64,000 nt of DNA from Raillietiella orientalis (Eukaryota): contig JAYWIR010000006.1 in NCBI GenBank assembly GCA_036172245.1, positions 3,286,001 through 3,350,000 on the forward strand, written 5' to 3'. A program made the position numbers and the translations under genes. The notes under the pieces are model-generated. The model searched no databases, was not told the origin of the DNA, and was given only the letters and a program-made list of their open reading frames with translations. Shown here in pieces: positions 49,235-61,570 of this stretch (position 1 is its first letter; every line of letters begins with the position of its first letter).

Positions 49235-50089
49235 AATCCTGCAATACGTCAATCCTTTTATTTTTCACTGGTCACGCCGGAAGCGTTTATCGTAAAAAAA
49301 AAATATCCATACAAAAAACAGTCATATAAAATATAAAAAATATTATTCTACGTGGCGGTTTCACAGCAGCACCACTACGACGGGAGGTGCCTCAAAGGCA
49401 CTGCTTCTCGTGAGCAGCTCCCCAACGAGGTCCCCACAGGGAGAAAGGGGAAAACAAAAACGCTGCGAACAAAAAACACAAAAGTTCAGTTCAAAAATGC
49501 TTTGGGGGGAGAAGGGAAGGGATCGCAGATTTCTTCCTGGAGTCCTCAGCATCCTCTGGAGGATCTTGGCAACTTCCTCCTTTCGTTGGCAGAGACGTGG
49601 CCTTCCTCATGAAGGAGCACACGATTGGGATGACGTCACCGTTCGACTGGACTCTTTCGGCGCGCGGCTTCTCGCCACCGCGATACCGCGAATGCGGCAT
49701 AGAGCTGCAAGGGAGGCTGCAGGCGGTGTTGAGTCACGCGCGAAGAGTTGGTCTCTCTGCCGTCGTCCATCGGGAGTGGGGAGGATCGCAGCGAAGCATT
49801 CCCAAATGCTCAGAAGGACAACACAATCCAACACCAGGTGAGGGAAGATTTCCCTTCCCCCGCACCTGGCACAGTCTGGTATCGCACTCTCTCTTGTCCA
49901 GTGGTGGACTCTCGCGTTGCATGGGGACTCCCAGGACAACAACTGCAGAGCCGAGTCCCGCCTCTTCAGAGGAAGTCTGGAATGCCCAGGAGTTTCGTCT
50001 AGAGACGAATTCCTTTGGGGAGAGCAGCAGGGATGCATGCGTCAGTCGGTTGATGAGCTGTCCAGCTAGAATGCTGGATGCCAGTTGAT
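49235..50089 (-). mobile_element. L1/Tx1-type LINE 3' fragment inserted into SINE copy E
   Basis: CNARVHHWTRESAIPDCARCGGREIFPHLVLDC, terminal motif at 49261..49291, and a possible GCGTCG target duplication (49227..49232 and 50090..50095). Confidence 0.78.
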
Positions 50090-53000
50090 GCGTCGACCCT
50101 TTACTGGTATTCGGACCCGCAACGCTTGGTACCACGTGCGGTGACCGGAACCACATGGCCTCCAGCCAGTCTGGTGGTTTGGAAGCGGCGGCTGCTTTGA
50201 ATGCCCAGAGGTCAACAGCCCGCATCAAGGTGTTTCCTACAGGAAGGAAAATAACGAAGCACACGTCCTGCTGGCACCTGCTGCATTCTACCCGTGAAGA
50301 GTCCCAGAGTCCGAGGAAGCGGGTCCTCCGGGACTTCCCAATAGTTGCATTACCAGTAGACAGCCGGCTCACAAGAGTTTGAGGGAGCTCCAATAGGGTG
50401 CGCCCCATGGCATTCGGCGGAAGCTGCCACTCGCAGCTGACCTGCCGATCTCTACCCCCCTCAGATGCATTGGAGACTTTTGGGGGAGGAGGAATCTCTT
50501 GCTGGAAATGACCGGCATCAGGATAAGCGTCGCATTCGACTGTCACCGGAGGTCATGCTTCGTGGACCACATTTCTTCGTAGTCGTTTCCACGGACTCCA
50601 GAGCGCCATCCTAGGAGAAGCAGCTGCCCTCGTAGCATTTTCAGCCCGCCTCTTGGAATCCATTTTCCAGAAGGAAGGCAATCGATAAGGACAGCACGTC
50701 ACCGTAAATTTTTCGTCTCCTTAGAACGATCCCAGCCTCCGGCCACGCGTTCGGGTTCTTTTCCGCATCACTGGGTCACTCGGAGATGCCGGGCATACCG
50801 ACGCTACACTGAAGCAGGGCTATCCCAAGCAGCTGCGTCGAAGATGCATCTGCGGCAACTGCGTCCCACGTCTTGCCTCTCCTTCGGAGCTCGTGCGGGG
50901 TGACCTTCCGCGTTGCTCCCAGCAACTCGCTTGCACACTCACGCAAGGAAAGACCTCGTTCGTGCACGGAGAGGCAAATCGTCCGGCGGAATCCACTTGT
51001 CGAGCATCTCCCATCTCTTCTGTTCGAGGGTGTCTCGTTCGGCGACCCAGATGGCACCTCTTCACCCGTATGCTACCGAGATCGCGGAAGAGTGCAGCAA
51101 GCGATTCCGCGATCGACGCCCTCTTCCCGCCTCTCTGGCATCCACCTGCAGCCGAAGAGACGTGCTTCCAGCGTGACCTGCTGACCATGCCGCAACTTTG
51201 CTTCTCTTCCTCTCTCTCGAGCGGAAGCGACGAGCTGTAGCGATTTCTGCAGCCTGAACCGGATCTTGCATTGGTCACGGAAATGTCAACAAAACACTGA
51301 TCCTGCGACGAAAGCTGGAGCAGCTGGAACTATGTAAAGTTTCTCGCAAGGGGACCTGGTATTCCTGGCTTGAATGCTTCCTCCGGGCAAGCCCTAAGGC
51401 TTGGTGGTGGCGATGGGTAGGAAGTCACCCTGCTAAAGAAGGGTCTTCGATATTCGTTGGGCATTACCCTGCTGTTACAGTTCGAAGGAGTTTTGCCGTC
51501 AGTCAGGTCGGTCAGTTTACGTCACCTCATCACGAAGGGAAAAAGAGACACTCTGGCCCCGTTTGGTGTGCACCACATGCCAGGCAGCGAAAGTATAGGT
51601 TGATCGTAGATCTGTACTTCTCTATTCCTCATGGCGACATACCGCTTTCGTTTCCTAATCTTTCCTCAAGGGCACGCACCTCGTAGGGCAGCCTGAGTTC
51701 CTGGCGGGTTTTCCACGTGGGATGCAGTGCGGACACCGTTCGGTCATCTTGTCCATCGGTAGGCGGGGAGAGAAAGAGGAGGAGAAGAAAAGAGGCTGAG
51801 AGGAGGAGAAGGAAGAGTGCTCTCTTTCTTCTCCTCTTCTTTCCAGAAGAAAAAGAGGTGGAGGAGCTTGCAAAGAAAGTCGTGGAATGGAAAAACCATG
51901 AACCACAAAGGGAGGACCCATTCGGACAGGGACAGCAGGGAAATCCAAGTCCTGCCACTTCCGGTTACTGGGGTTTCCGGTAGAGCAAAGGAGCCGCCGC
52001 GGGAGGCGGGAGATCGCAGCGTCTCGAGGCTGGTCGTGAAGGAGGCGCCACAACGGAGCCTTCCTTCCCGTCCTGCGCCGCGGGTGGACCAGAAAGCGTT
52101 CGTCCGTCCTGTCTGTTTCGATGCGCCTCCGGGACAACACGAATGCTCGAGTGAATGCTGAGCACCTTTCGAGGCCTTTCCCAGCCGGGCCGTAGTTTCA
52201 GTGGCCCAGAGAAGTGAGTCCTCGAGACCTTCGAGGGGAAAAAAGGGCTGCTGTGATCCATTCGTGCTCTCTCCAGCGACATCGTGCGGGATTGGCCGCT
52301 GAGGAGAGCAAGAAGCCAGCGGAAGGCAAAGTTTTCCGGGAGCAGCCTCTGAGAACCACGTGACAGCAAGACCCGCAACCGCGTACCCACTTCGTGCCAC
52401 GACCGCCGGACCTTCTGCGCCGACGCGTAATGGGGTAGCGTGAAGATTGCGTTGTGTCGCAGCTGCAGCAGGAAGGTGGGAGAGAAAAGACGGCAGTTTT
52501 TCGGTTTTACTCCTTTTTTTTTTTTGTCTTCCCGTTTACGGATTCCGCGTTGTTTCCTGTATTGCTCCGCACTCACGTGGCTCCCGCCTCGCCATAAACG
52601 CGGCCAGCCTGCAACTGCTTCCAGAATTCCACGTGCAAGTGACGCCCACTCCGTGTGCTGGATAGATATAGCAAAATTATCCTTCGATTTTGATAAACAA
52701 CAATGGGGATTGATTTGGATCGGAAAGTAGGCGTGGGATTCGTGGAAGGGAAGAATGGGAACGGTTGCTGTTTGCACACATTCCAGGAAGTTTTTCCCTT
52801 TATAAAAAAGTTCATTTCGATTTCATCCAAAATGGCCGACAAGGCTCATTGCGTAGTCGTTCATTTCCCATCAGTTCATCCTTAATTGAAGAAATGTTTT
52901 CATGTGATTCCTGCTTTTCAACGTGATCATTATGACAGTACCTCGGGAAGTTTCTGGAAGAATGCGCTTCGAACGACTATAAACGCTGACAGGCGGTGGG

Positions 53001-54559
53001 CTGACTTGGCGAACCACAACGCGAACGCAATGCAGCCGACACGTTCGCAGCTGCTCCGGGAAACATCACCGTCACAACACTTGGTGTCACTCTGTTCTTT
53101 TTTTCCTTCTTCTTCTGCCTTGGGTTCCCATCGCCAGGGACTGCCGGGCGCTCCGCTCACTCCGGCTACAGCCTCGTTCTTTTCCAAGATGCTTCAGTTC
53201 CTGATGCCTGGATGAGTCGTCTCAGGACGTCCACGGCAGGCGTTGTCTTCCTTTTCCTTTGCCCTTCTCATTACGTGATGAAGGGTCCCCGTCCCTTTCA
53301 AACAATCCCACCGGGATGTCGATCCTTGCGACGGATCTGAGGGAACGTCACGCTGTTCAGTCTTGGGCGCAGCATTCGGGCAGGCGAGCACGCGGAGATG
53401 CTTCTCCTCGTCCCAGCGCTCTGTGCCCGATGCTCTCTTGATGGATGCTGCCCCTCCGGTATTCGGTCCTGGAATTACTCAGGATTTTTTTCCTCCGAGG
53501 TGAAATACGAGGAGGTCATCCTGATTGCCCGGTGATGGGTCGGTTCCTCCAGATTACCGTTCCAACCGCCTGGAGGTTCGCGCGTTCCCGATCCCGAAAC
53601 TCCTGGCAGCCGTGGGAGGCACTTCGTTGCTTACTTCTATTCTGGGAGCGGCTTCTTTGCTGTTTTGGACCACCGCGCGAGGTTTTGATTTTCTCCGCGG
53701 AGCAGGTCAGTCCCATCTCGCAGCACTCGCTATTGGCAGCGAAGCGTTCGCGTTCCTGAACGGTCAACCAATCTTTGTTAAGTCCACATCGTCATCCCCC
53801 ACCAAACGGGAACGATGCTGTACATGGTACACACAACATGCGTGCTGCACATGCAGACTGCATGCAGCGTGCACGCAACAGTACACGCAGTAGATGTACT
53901 ATGCATAGCATACATGCATACTGGACATGTACACTATACAGATCCCAGGGATCTTCCCTCTGCTGGGATCAGAGATGAGGCAGCAAGGAACTCTCGATTG
54001 CGTGGAGGGGAAGCTCGTTGTGGTCGTGGACGAAAATGGATTCTCTGAGCAGACCGGAAGCTCCATGGAATGATTTCCTTTGGTCATGGCTTCCCAGTGA
54101 GTTCAAAGGGGTATTGGGAAAGATGCGGGTCAAATGTCCATCTGACCACCTCCAGTCCTGGCTTCTTTCTCGGGCATCCCAACTAGTGCTTTGTCGTTTT
54201 AATTTGCTGTTTCCCTGCCGGCTTGCCATGCACAACAGCGGCACTGCTTCCATCTCCTCCTCCTCATCCCTCCGAAAGGACAAAGGACGCTGTAAGTCTC
54301 CAGTGCCGTCCCACGGGTGCAGGTGTGTTTCCTACCCCTTCCACGTGCAGCAAAGGACTCCTTGCTCTGCCAGGAGATGCAGGAGCGAATTCTTTCGGCA
54401 CTCCTCACGAGACGGAGTGCTCTTCTGTTTTCTGGCTCTCAAAGAGTGCTGAAGAACCGTCAGCCTCTTCAAAGGAGACTCACAAAGCTCTTTGACCTCG
54501 TCCACGCTCCTCGAGAGTGCGTGTCACTCTTCATGTTAGGGAGGCAGCCCCAAAGAGAC

Positions 54560-55152
54560 CATACCCTATGAATCCAGGAAGGGCTCCGGAGGAAGAAGTC
54601 CGTTCCCCCTATGCATGGGAGGGAATCCTTCGCCCTGGTTGTCCCTCCAAAATTCAGGAGTGGCCCCTGCAAAGCAAGGGCCACTCCTGAATTTCTTCTT
54701 CGGAGGGAACCCGCAAAGGGAACCGCTCCTTGCTTCCTTCTCCTTTGAAGATAATACCGAAGGTACTCTTCCCTTTTTTTCTGGAGGGCGCTCCCCGAAG
54801 GGGACAGCGCGCTTCTTGTTACTCTGGCCATCCCCGAGGGGCGATTTCAACCAGCTCCGTTGGCACAGCTCCCTTTCGTAACCCGAGGGGAACCCCGAAG
54901 GGCTTCTTGATTCCCGGAAGGAACACGGAGGGTCAACTTCCAATCCCGGCGGCCAGTCGACAGGGGCGCCCGGCTTCCACCAGTGCCACATCCAAAGCCC
55001 GTGGTTCATCCTGAGGAAAGGGTGGCGGGCTCGAAACCCACGAGGCACCTCCCTTTTTCGGCATCGATTTTTCCCCGGGCAAGTTTCGAACCCGCAAAGC
55101 CTGTCTCTACGCGCGGGGAGACCGCAGCCACGCTGCCGCCAACGCGGGCCAA
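54560..55152 (-). mobile_element. tRNA-headed SINE-like repeat, copy G
   Basis: ccctatgaatccaggaagggctccggagg...ggaacccgcaagggaacc...gaaccccgaaggg...tcgaaacccacg...ttcgaacccgc. Confidence 0.7.
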
Positions 55153-55473
55153 ATCGATGCGGACAAGCGCGAGGAAAAGCGGGGTGCTCCCGGCCGGGCG
55201 GTGCATGGCTTCTTTCACCCTAAATTGCATTGTCAAAGGGCTGACTTACCGGTTCAGCCTGACGGCTGGAGTTCTTGTCAAGCCACTCGCCGGCGTCGCG
55301 AGCAACTGGAGAATCCCTTCTTCGGAAGAGGCGGGCATGGCATGTAGACTCCATAAATCCATAAGCAGCAGCTCGCGACGCACTCGAAGAGTTGAGCAAA
55401 CCGAAACTTCCATGGTCATCTCACCCGCCTCGGAGGAGGAGGGTCCCTACACACTGATATCTTCCCAGCAGTA

Positions 55474-58400
55474 ATGCCAGGAATCTCCTCCCGCCCCCGT
55501 GTGCGCATCGCCGTTTGGAACGTCAACGGCATGACAGACGTCGGCCGGAGACTAGACATGGCCGCCGTCCTAGGATCCTTCGACCTTGCGCTGCTGCAGG
55601 AGATTCACGTGATCTCTGCAGAACAAGTGCAGGAGATCGAGCGGATCTCTGGAGGACAACTGTGGTATCGGTGTGGGAAAAAGAAGAGTTGCGGTGTTGC
55701 TTTCCTGCTTCGGTCAGCCATCGAGGCCGCAGCGCGGGGCGTGCGGTTCGACGATCAAGGTCGTGTCGCCCAGCTTATTCTCAGGTGGTCCGACTCCATC
55801 GAAACGGGTACCTGGTCGTCACCAACGTGCACGCCCCGAGCGGTGCAGACCTGACGACTAGGAGGGGAAGGAAAGAATTTTTCCTTGCCTTTCGGCGCGA
55901 CTGGCTGACCGAGGCAGGCATGAGGAACGCCCATCTGGTTGCAGCCGATTTTAATGTTCGCCTGAAATCAGATGGGCAGAATCACTAGTGAGACCTGGTC
56001 AACGAGGTGTGCATGGCATGCAAACCTGTAATTTGTTGGCCAGTGAACCGGGGATGGAGGACAGCATCGAACACGTGTTCCTTGACCAGCACCTGTGCCC
56101 TCGCGTGGGCAGGCGCGGCAAGTTACCGTCCGAGCTGTCCGACCATCGTCCGATCGTGCTCGAGGTTTATCAGCGCGCCAGGGGTCCCCCCTCGTTAGTG
56201 TGGAGTCTCCCAGGGGATTGGCTGAAGCTCCTGGACGTCGCGGAACATCGCGCGGTCATACGGAGCTTCAGGATGCGAACGCTTCCGGATTGGGACTGCT
56301 CCAAGCGGTCGGTCCAGGAGTTCTGCGACCAGTTCCCTCTGCACCGCCTACCTGCGGGATTTGGGGATGGGATGCGTAACAAGAGAGCGTTTTTGCACGC
56401 TCGACGTTACGAGAGGACCTCCGACATCCTCAGGCTAGCGGAGTACAGAGCGGGAACCGAGAGGCGAGTCTGGCAGTCCGGATCGGCCAGCTTGCTGGAC
56501 GATCAGGGCCGGAAGCACTCGGCATCCACTCAGGTTTGCGGTCTTTTGCAGTGTTTTTATTCCTCCCTGTACGCGAGAGCGCCTCTGGAACTAGATGTCT
56601 CACGACTTCTGCTCCCGGGAGGCGTTCCAGAGATCGGGGAGGAGGAGAGAAGGACACTCGACGAGCCTTTCACGATGGGCGAGATCATCTCGGGAATCGG
56701 AAAGCTCAAGAGGCGCAAGGCTTCAGGGGAGGACGGCCTGCCCGTGAAGTTTTATCAAACTTTCGTGGCAGAGCTTACCCCCCGGTACATCAACTCACCT
56801 TGCTGATACGCGAGACAGGTGACGTTCCCGCCTCGTTTCGCTCGGCAAAGGTGCGGTTCCTCCCAAAGGCATGAGATCTGAGGAGCATGAGCAACTGGCG
56901 GCCGATTACCGTGATAAACGCGGACGCAAAGCTGCTGGCGAAGTTGTGGACTGAGTGCTTGGGGCGGTTGGCAGGAAGTTTCATCAGCCCGGAGCAGATA
57001 TATGCTGTTCCCGGGCGAAGCATGGAGGCTGACCTGTTCCACGCTTCCACCTGGCTGGAGCTTCAACATGAAAGGGGCTTGATGCGCAGCCGGAATTCCG
57101 GTGAGTCCGTCAGCCATGAATCGGATGGTCGGGTGGTAGAGGGAGCCCTTGCGGTCGCAGTCGACTTGCGTAAAGCATTCGACAGCGTCGACCAGAATCT
57201 CCTGCTGGAGCTTTTGGAACGCTTGGGCTTCCTGGCCTCATTATTGGCCTATCTGCGCTCCTGCTGGCGCGACGCCTTAATTAGTCTTACTTTCAGCGGG
57301 CAGACCGTGCACGGCGTGCCGGTGCGGTGTGGGATACGGCAGGGAGACAGCCTGAGCCCCTTACTCTTCAGTACCTACTTTGAGTTGGTACTGAAAGCGT
57401 ACAGGGTAACTCTGGCGCACCTGCCGCACGAATGCGCCGGTACGCCTGCGGTTTCAGCGTACGCGGACGACCTTCTGCTGCTGCTCCCTATGTCCACCCT
57501 GGCTTCGGCGGTCGAGGAGTTCTTCGACCTGCTGAATCGGGGAACCGGACTTACGGTGAACAGGGCGAAGTCGTCCGTGATGCCAGTTGGTGCGGCGTGG
57601 GCAGGGCAGCAGGACTGGGTCCGTTTGGGGACTTCCACGGTAAGGTACTTCAAGTACCTTGGTGTGCCGTTGGGGGACTACTCCCCTGCAGAAGCGTGGT
57701 CCGGCTGCCTCCAAAAAGTAGAGACGGCGATCGGCCCGTTCCGAGGCGGCAGGTTTTTCCTGCCTGAACGGGCCGCGGTTTGGAACACGTTCGCGGCTCC
57801 TCTCGTCCGTTCCCTGCTTTTTGTTTGCCCCTTCACAGAGAGAATAAGAAAGCGGACAAAGGACCTCCTCCGTATCGCCCTTTGGGGCAACGGGAGGGCC
57901 CGAGTCCGCTTGAAGGACTTGTGCGCTCCGCATCGGGACGGCGGTCTCGGTCTCCTGATATTAGAGCAGCTGGAGCTTCAGCTCCAGCTCCGGATGTTGG
58001 CACTTGTGCCGGAGTTGTGGTGCACTTGCTAATGCGTCCCTGCACGTCTCCTCGTCATGCAAGCCACCGGCAAGACGGGACTCACGTCCTTTCTTGCACT
58101 CCATTGCAGCTGCATCAACCGTTGCGGACTCCACTTTACGGAGGGTGGCTGGCCTGACACGGAAAAACCATGGATGGATCACCTGTCGTCCCGCGAACGG
58201 TAGTGCCTGGTTGCAGGAAACCGTTCGCACGTTGGCACAGAGCAGCATGCAACGCACCGAACAGGAACGAAGGTTCCTGTTGAGGCGTTACAGAAGTTGT
58301 ACGCTCCGAGAGATCCTGGAGGATCCGCAGAAGAGAGCTTGGTCAGGAAGAACCCCCCTTGCTGCTGCGCTGCCCCTCCTAAGGGAAGATGGATAACGAT

Positions 58401-59126
58401 GTTGTGGCGAAGTGGGAGGTTGGTGTAAAAATCTCCGGAAGGGAGAAGATAGGAGCATGGAAGATGGCCCAGCTAACTGAAGCTGCGACCCCGAGTACGC
58501 CTCCCAATGGACTTCTGTGCTGGGGCGCGCTGCTCGATGCTCCAGTGGAACATCTGAAGTGGCCCCCGGTGCTAATTAACACCTCCACGCTCCCCTTAAA
58601 ATGGCAGGAGTCGTCGCTCCTGTTGCTGTACTGGGGACTCTCGTGCAACGCCCGACAACACCATTGGACCTGGGGAGCGGTGAACCCAAATTGTGCTAGG
58701 TTTGGGAAACGGAAGTCCATCCCCCACCTCCTTGTGGATTGTGTTGACCTTCGGCTCCTTTGGCTACGCTGTACCGCGTCCATCGGAATCCCCTACGGCA
58801 ACCCCAGGGACGCTGTAAAAGCCGTCTTCGTTTCCGACGCCCTTCGGCCGGCGGACTCGTTAGCAGCCCTGTACTGCCTTCGCGGAATCGTCGCAGCTTG
58901 GAGCAAGGCAACAGGAGAACCTCGCGATAAGGGTGCCATCCAGCGCGCCGCCGAATTTTCGGGGAGGGCGACGCGATGGCCCCACCGGATCCAGCAATTC
59001 AGAGAGAACTTGCCGGCATCCTGCGAAGGATTCAACGGCTACAGCAGCAACAGTGATCCCTTCCCGCACCCTCTCACGTTTTCTTTTGTTTTTTGTTTGT
59101 CCCCCTTTCCCCCTGCTGCAGCACAG
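55474..59126 (+). mobile_element. Non-LTR retrotransposon (L1/Tx1-type) ORF2, near full length but frameshifted: APE endonuclease - RT - C-terminal CCHC zinc motif
   Basis: APE motifs IAVWNVNG, DLALLQEIH, NVHAP, ADFN and SDHRPI. RT motifs GEDGLPVKFY, NWRPITVINADAK, DLRKAFDSVD, RQGDSLSPLLF, YADD and KYLGV, then GGLG. C-terminal NCARFGKRKSIPHLLVDC. Spread across at least 6 ORF pieces. Confidence 0.92.
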
Positions 59127-61570
59127 AACAGACTGGAGGAAGAGTTCTCCGAAGATGAGGGGAAAGCTGCGTTCTGTGAATTGCGCAAGGACGTGACTGC
59201 GGGCCCTGATAGTGTTCCCATCACGCACTATCAACAGAACCTGCATGCCTACCTGCGCTTATTCCACCAGCTGACCCTCTGCATCCGTGAAGAAGGCAGA
59301 CTACCCGACTCCTTCTACAAAAGTCGGATGAGATTGTTGCCGAAAGGAGGCGACCTAACGCAGGTCGCTCAATGGAGGCCAATCTCCGTTCTGAACTCCG
59401 ACGCCAAGTGGTTGGCAAAGATCTGGTCCAACCGCTTAGGCAGGGTCATGTCGAAGCTCATCTCTCCGGTCCAGACATGTGCGGTGCCCGGACGCCACAT
59501 GTCGGACAATGTCAAGTGTGCCCAGGCTACCATGGGACTGAGCCGATACACCGGCGAGAACCTGGTGCTGGTGTTCACTGACATGGAGAAAGCTTTCGAC
59601 TCCATCGACCATGGAATGCTGCTGAAGATTCTGGATAAGCTGGGCCTTCCGGAATACTCCAGCAACTTCGTGAGGATGGTACTCCAGAACCAGTACTGCA
59701 GCAACGAGATCAACGGCGAGGAGACGGCAGCAATCAGGATGGAATGAGGAGTCCGGCAGGGCGACTCGCTAAGTCCTATGCTGTTCGTCATCTACATCTA
59801 CATGGAGGAGTCTTCGTTTATCGAAAAGAGTGGACGGCTCCAATGCATAACAATTGGCAACCAGCGACTCACCCATCTGGCGTACGCGGATGACCTTCTC
59901 TTCTTCATCAAGGGAGAACGGAATCAGCGCACGTTCCTGGATGTGGTAGACTTGATGCAAGAAGGACTGGGCTTGAAGAGCCAGCTTTTGCCCGTCGGAA
60001 TCCTGGATCTCTCTGCTCTCACGAGGAGAGGATTCCGAACAGTGGACATGGCCAAGTACCTAGGAGTCTACATCGGCGACGACTCAGCGTCGAAGCTGCT
60101 GTGAACAGAAATCCTGGGGAAAGCGGTCAAGGAAGCAGCGAAGTACACCCGTCTGGACATCGGCATGAAGCGAAAGGCCAACCTATGGAATGGAGTACTC
60201 CTTCCTAAGGTGCTCTTCGGAGCGGCCTTCGCTAGAATGAAGAAGAAGACCACCCGAGAAGTGGAAAAGCTGCAAAGGAAAACACTGTGGGGCCACTGCC
60301 GCCCAAGAGTTCGTCTGAAACCCCTGTGTCGTCCCAGAGAAGAAGGTGGAACCGGGATGAAGTCGCTTGCACACTCCATGGCCATCATGGACACGCGACA
60401 CATCCTGGATATCGCCGAACAATGGGACGACTGGCCGTACGCGGCGCATAGGGCCTACTCGATGTTGCTTAACAACTCGAAAGGTCTGATGACTGCGCTG
60501 CTAGGCCAAGCAGGAGAATGGATCAACATCGACCCTACCTGGAGGAGAAAGCAACGGCTGGAACGCAAGTACAAGATGAAGATCGTGCCGAAAAGCAGGG
60601 AGCTCTGGCAGGAGAAATCCATCCTGGTGATCCCGTGGATGCTTCCGGTCCCTCCGGACACGAGAAGTTGGATCTACCAGCGGCCCCGAGTTACCCTGCA
60701 AAGAATCCAGGAATGGCGACGAGGAGGATACCTACATCACACTCGTATACTTCGGTATATAGAGATGATGCTAGGCAGGTTCACCCATATGACCCGCGAA
60801 GTGTGGATCAGCCACAATGACCTCGCGTGGTTCAGGCTAACCAAGATAAATCTCCGAAGATTAATGCCAGAAGGATACCAGTGCCCTCCAAGAAGCCGCC
60901 GATCGCTACGGGAGTGACAGGATCAACCTGCTAGCGATCGGCACGACGCTCTGGAGGAGTGACCTTCCGCCGGACACCCAGGACAACCCCCTGATGTTTT
61001 ATCATGGAAGAATTCTGAGCGGGTCCAGATTAAAATACTTCACTAGAAGACGGGATGATCAAGACTGCAAGACATGTGGAGACACAACACAAGACTCCAC
61101 ATCTTGACGTGTCCCACATTGCTTCACGACTGGCTGATCCTGAAAAGGATCATTGAACTGACCACCAGCTTCACGACGGAAATCCTTGCCGGGATGTTTC
61201 AGGGAGGCGGTAATTTCCCTGCTACAATCCCATGGTGAGGACGACCATTGCTCTCTTCATCACCGCCATACTTGTGCGGTGGTGGAAGATGAGGAAAGCC
61301 AGGAGAGCCGCATCCCCGATGGAGATCCTGCAAGGACTCATCAAGAATGAAATCGGCATCAGAAACTGTGGACGACTCCATGCCTGCACGTACCGATTCA
61401 TCCTGAGGAGGATTGAAGGCGACGCCCGGGACCAAACATCTGGAAACCCACCCTGAATGCAGAACTTGCGACACCCCAAGGACTTCCAAGTGAAAGTGTA
61501 AGGCATGAATGAGTAGTGAATTGTATGAATGGAAAATTGTAGTATGAATGTAATATAAATAGAAAATAAA
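59127..61570 (+). mobile_element. Second, different L1/Tx1-type LINE, 5'-truncated at the start of RT, abutting the 3' UTR of the first; inactivated by stops
   Basis: AGPDSVP, QWRPISVLNSDAK, DMEKAFDSIDH, (stop)GVRQGDSLSPMLF, LAYADDLL, KYLGV, REEGGTG, and DCKTCG near 61064. AATAAA near 61565. Confidence 0.88.

Larger units (their letters stand above)
48065..50160 (-). mobile_element. tRNA-headed SINE-like repeat, copy E, split into three pieces by two LINE insertions
   Basis: Pieces 48065..48525, 49151..49232 and 50090..50160 are colinear with intact copies C, G and H once the two LINE fragments are removed. Confidence 0.65.

Noticed and set aside
56887..58032. RT as a retron, DGR or group II intron enzyme
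   Set aside because: It is preceded by an APE endonuclease and followed by GGLG and a CCHC motif, which is canonical non-LTR retrotransposon ORF2.
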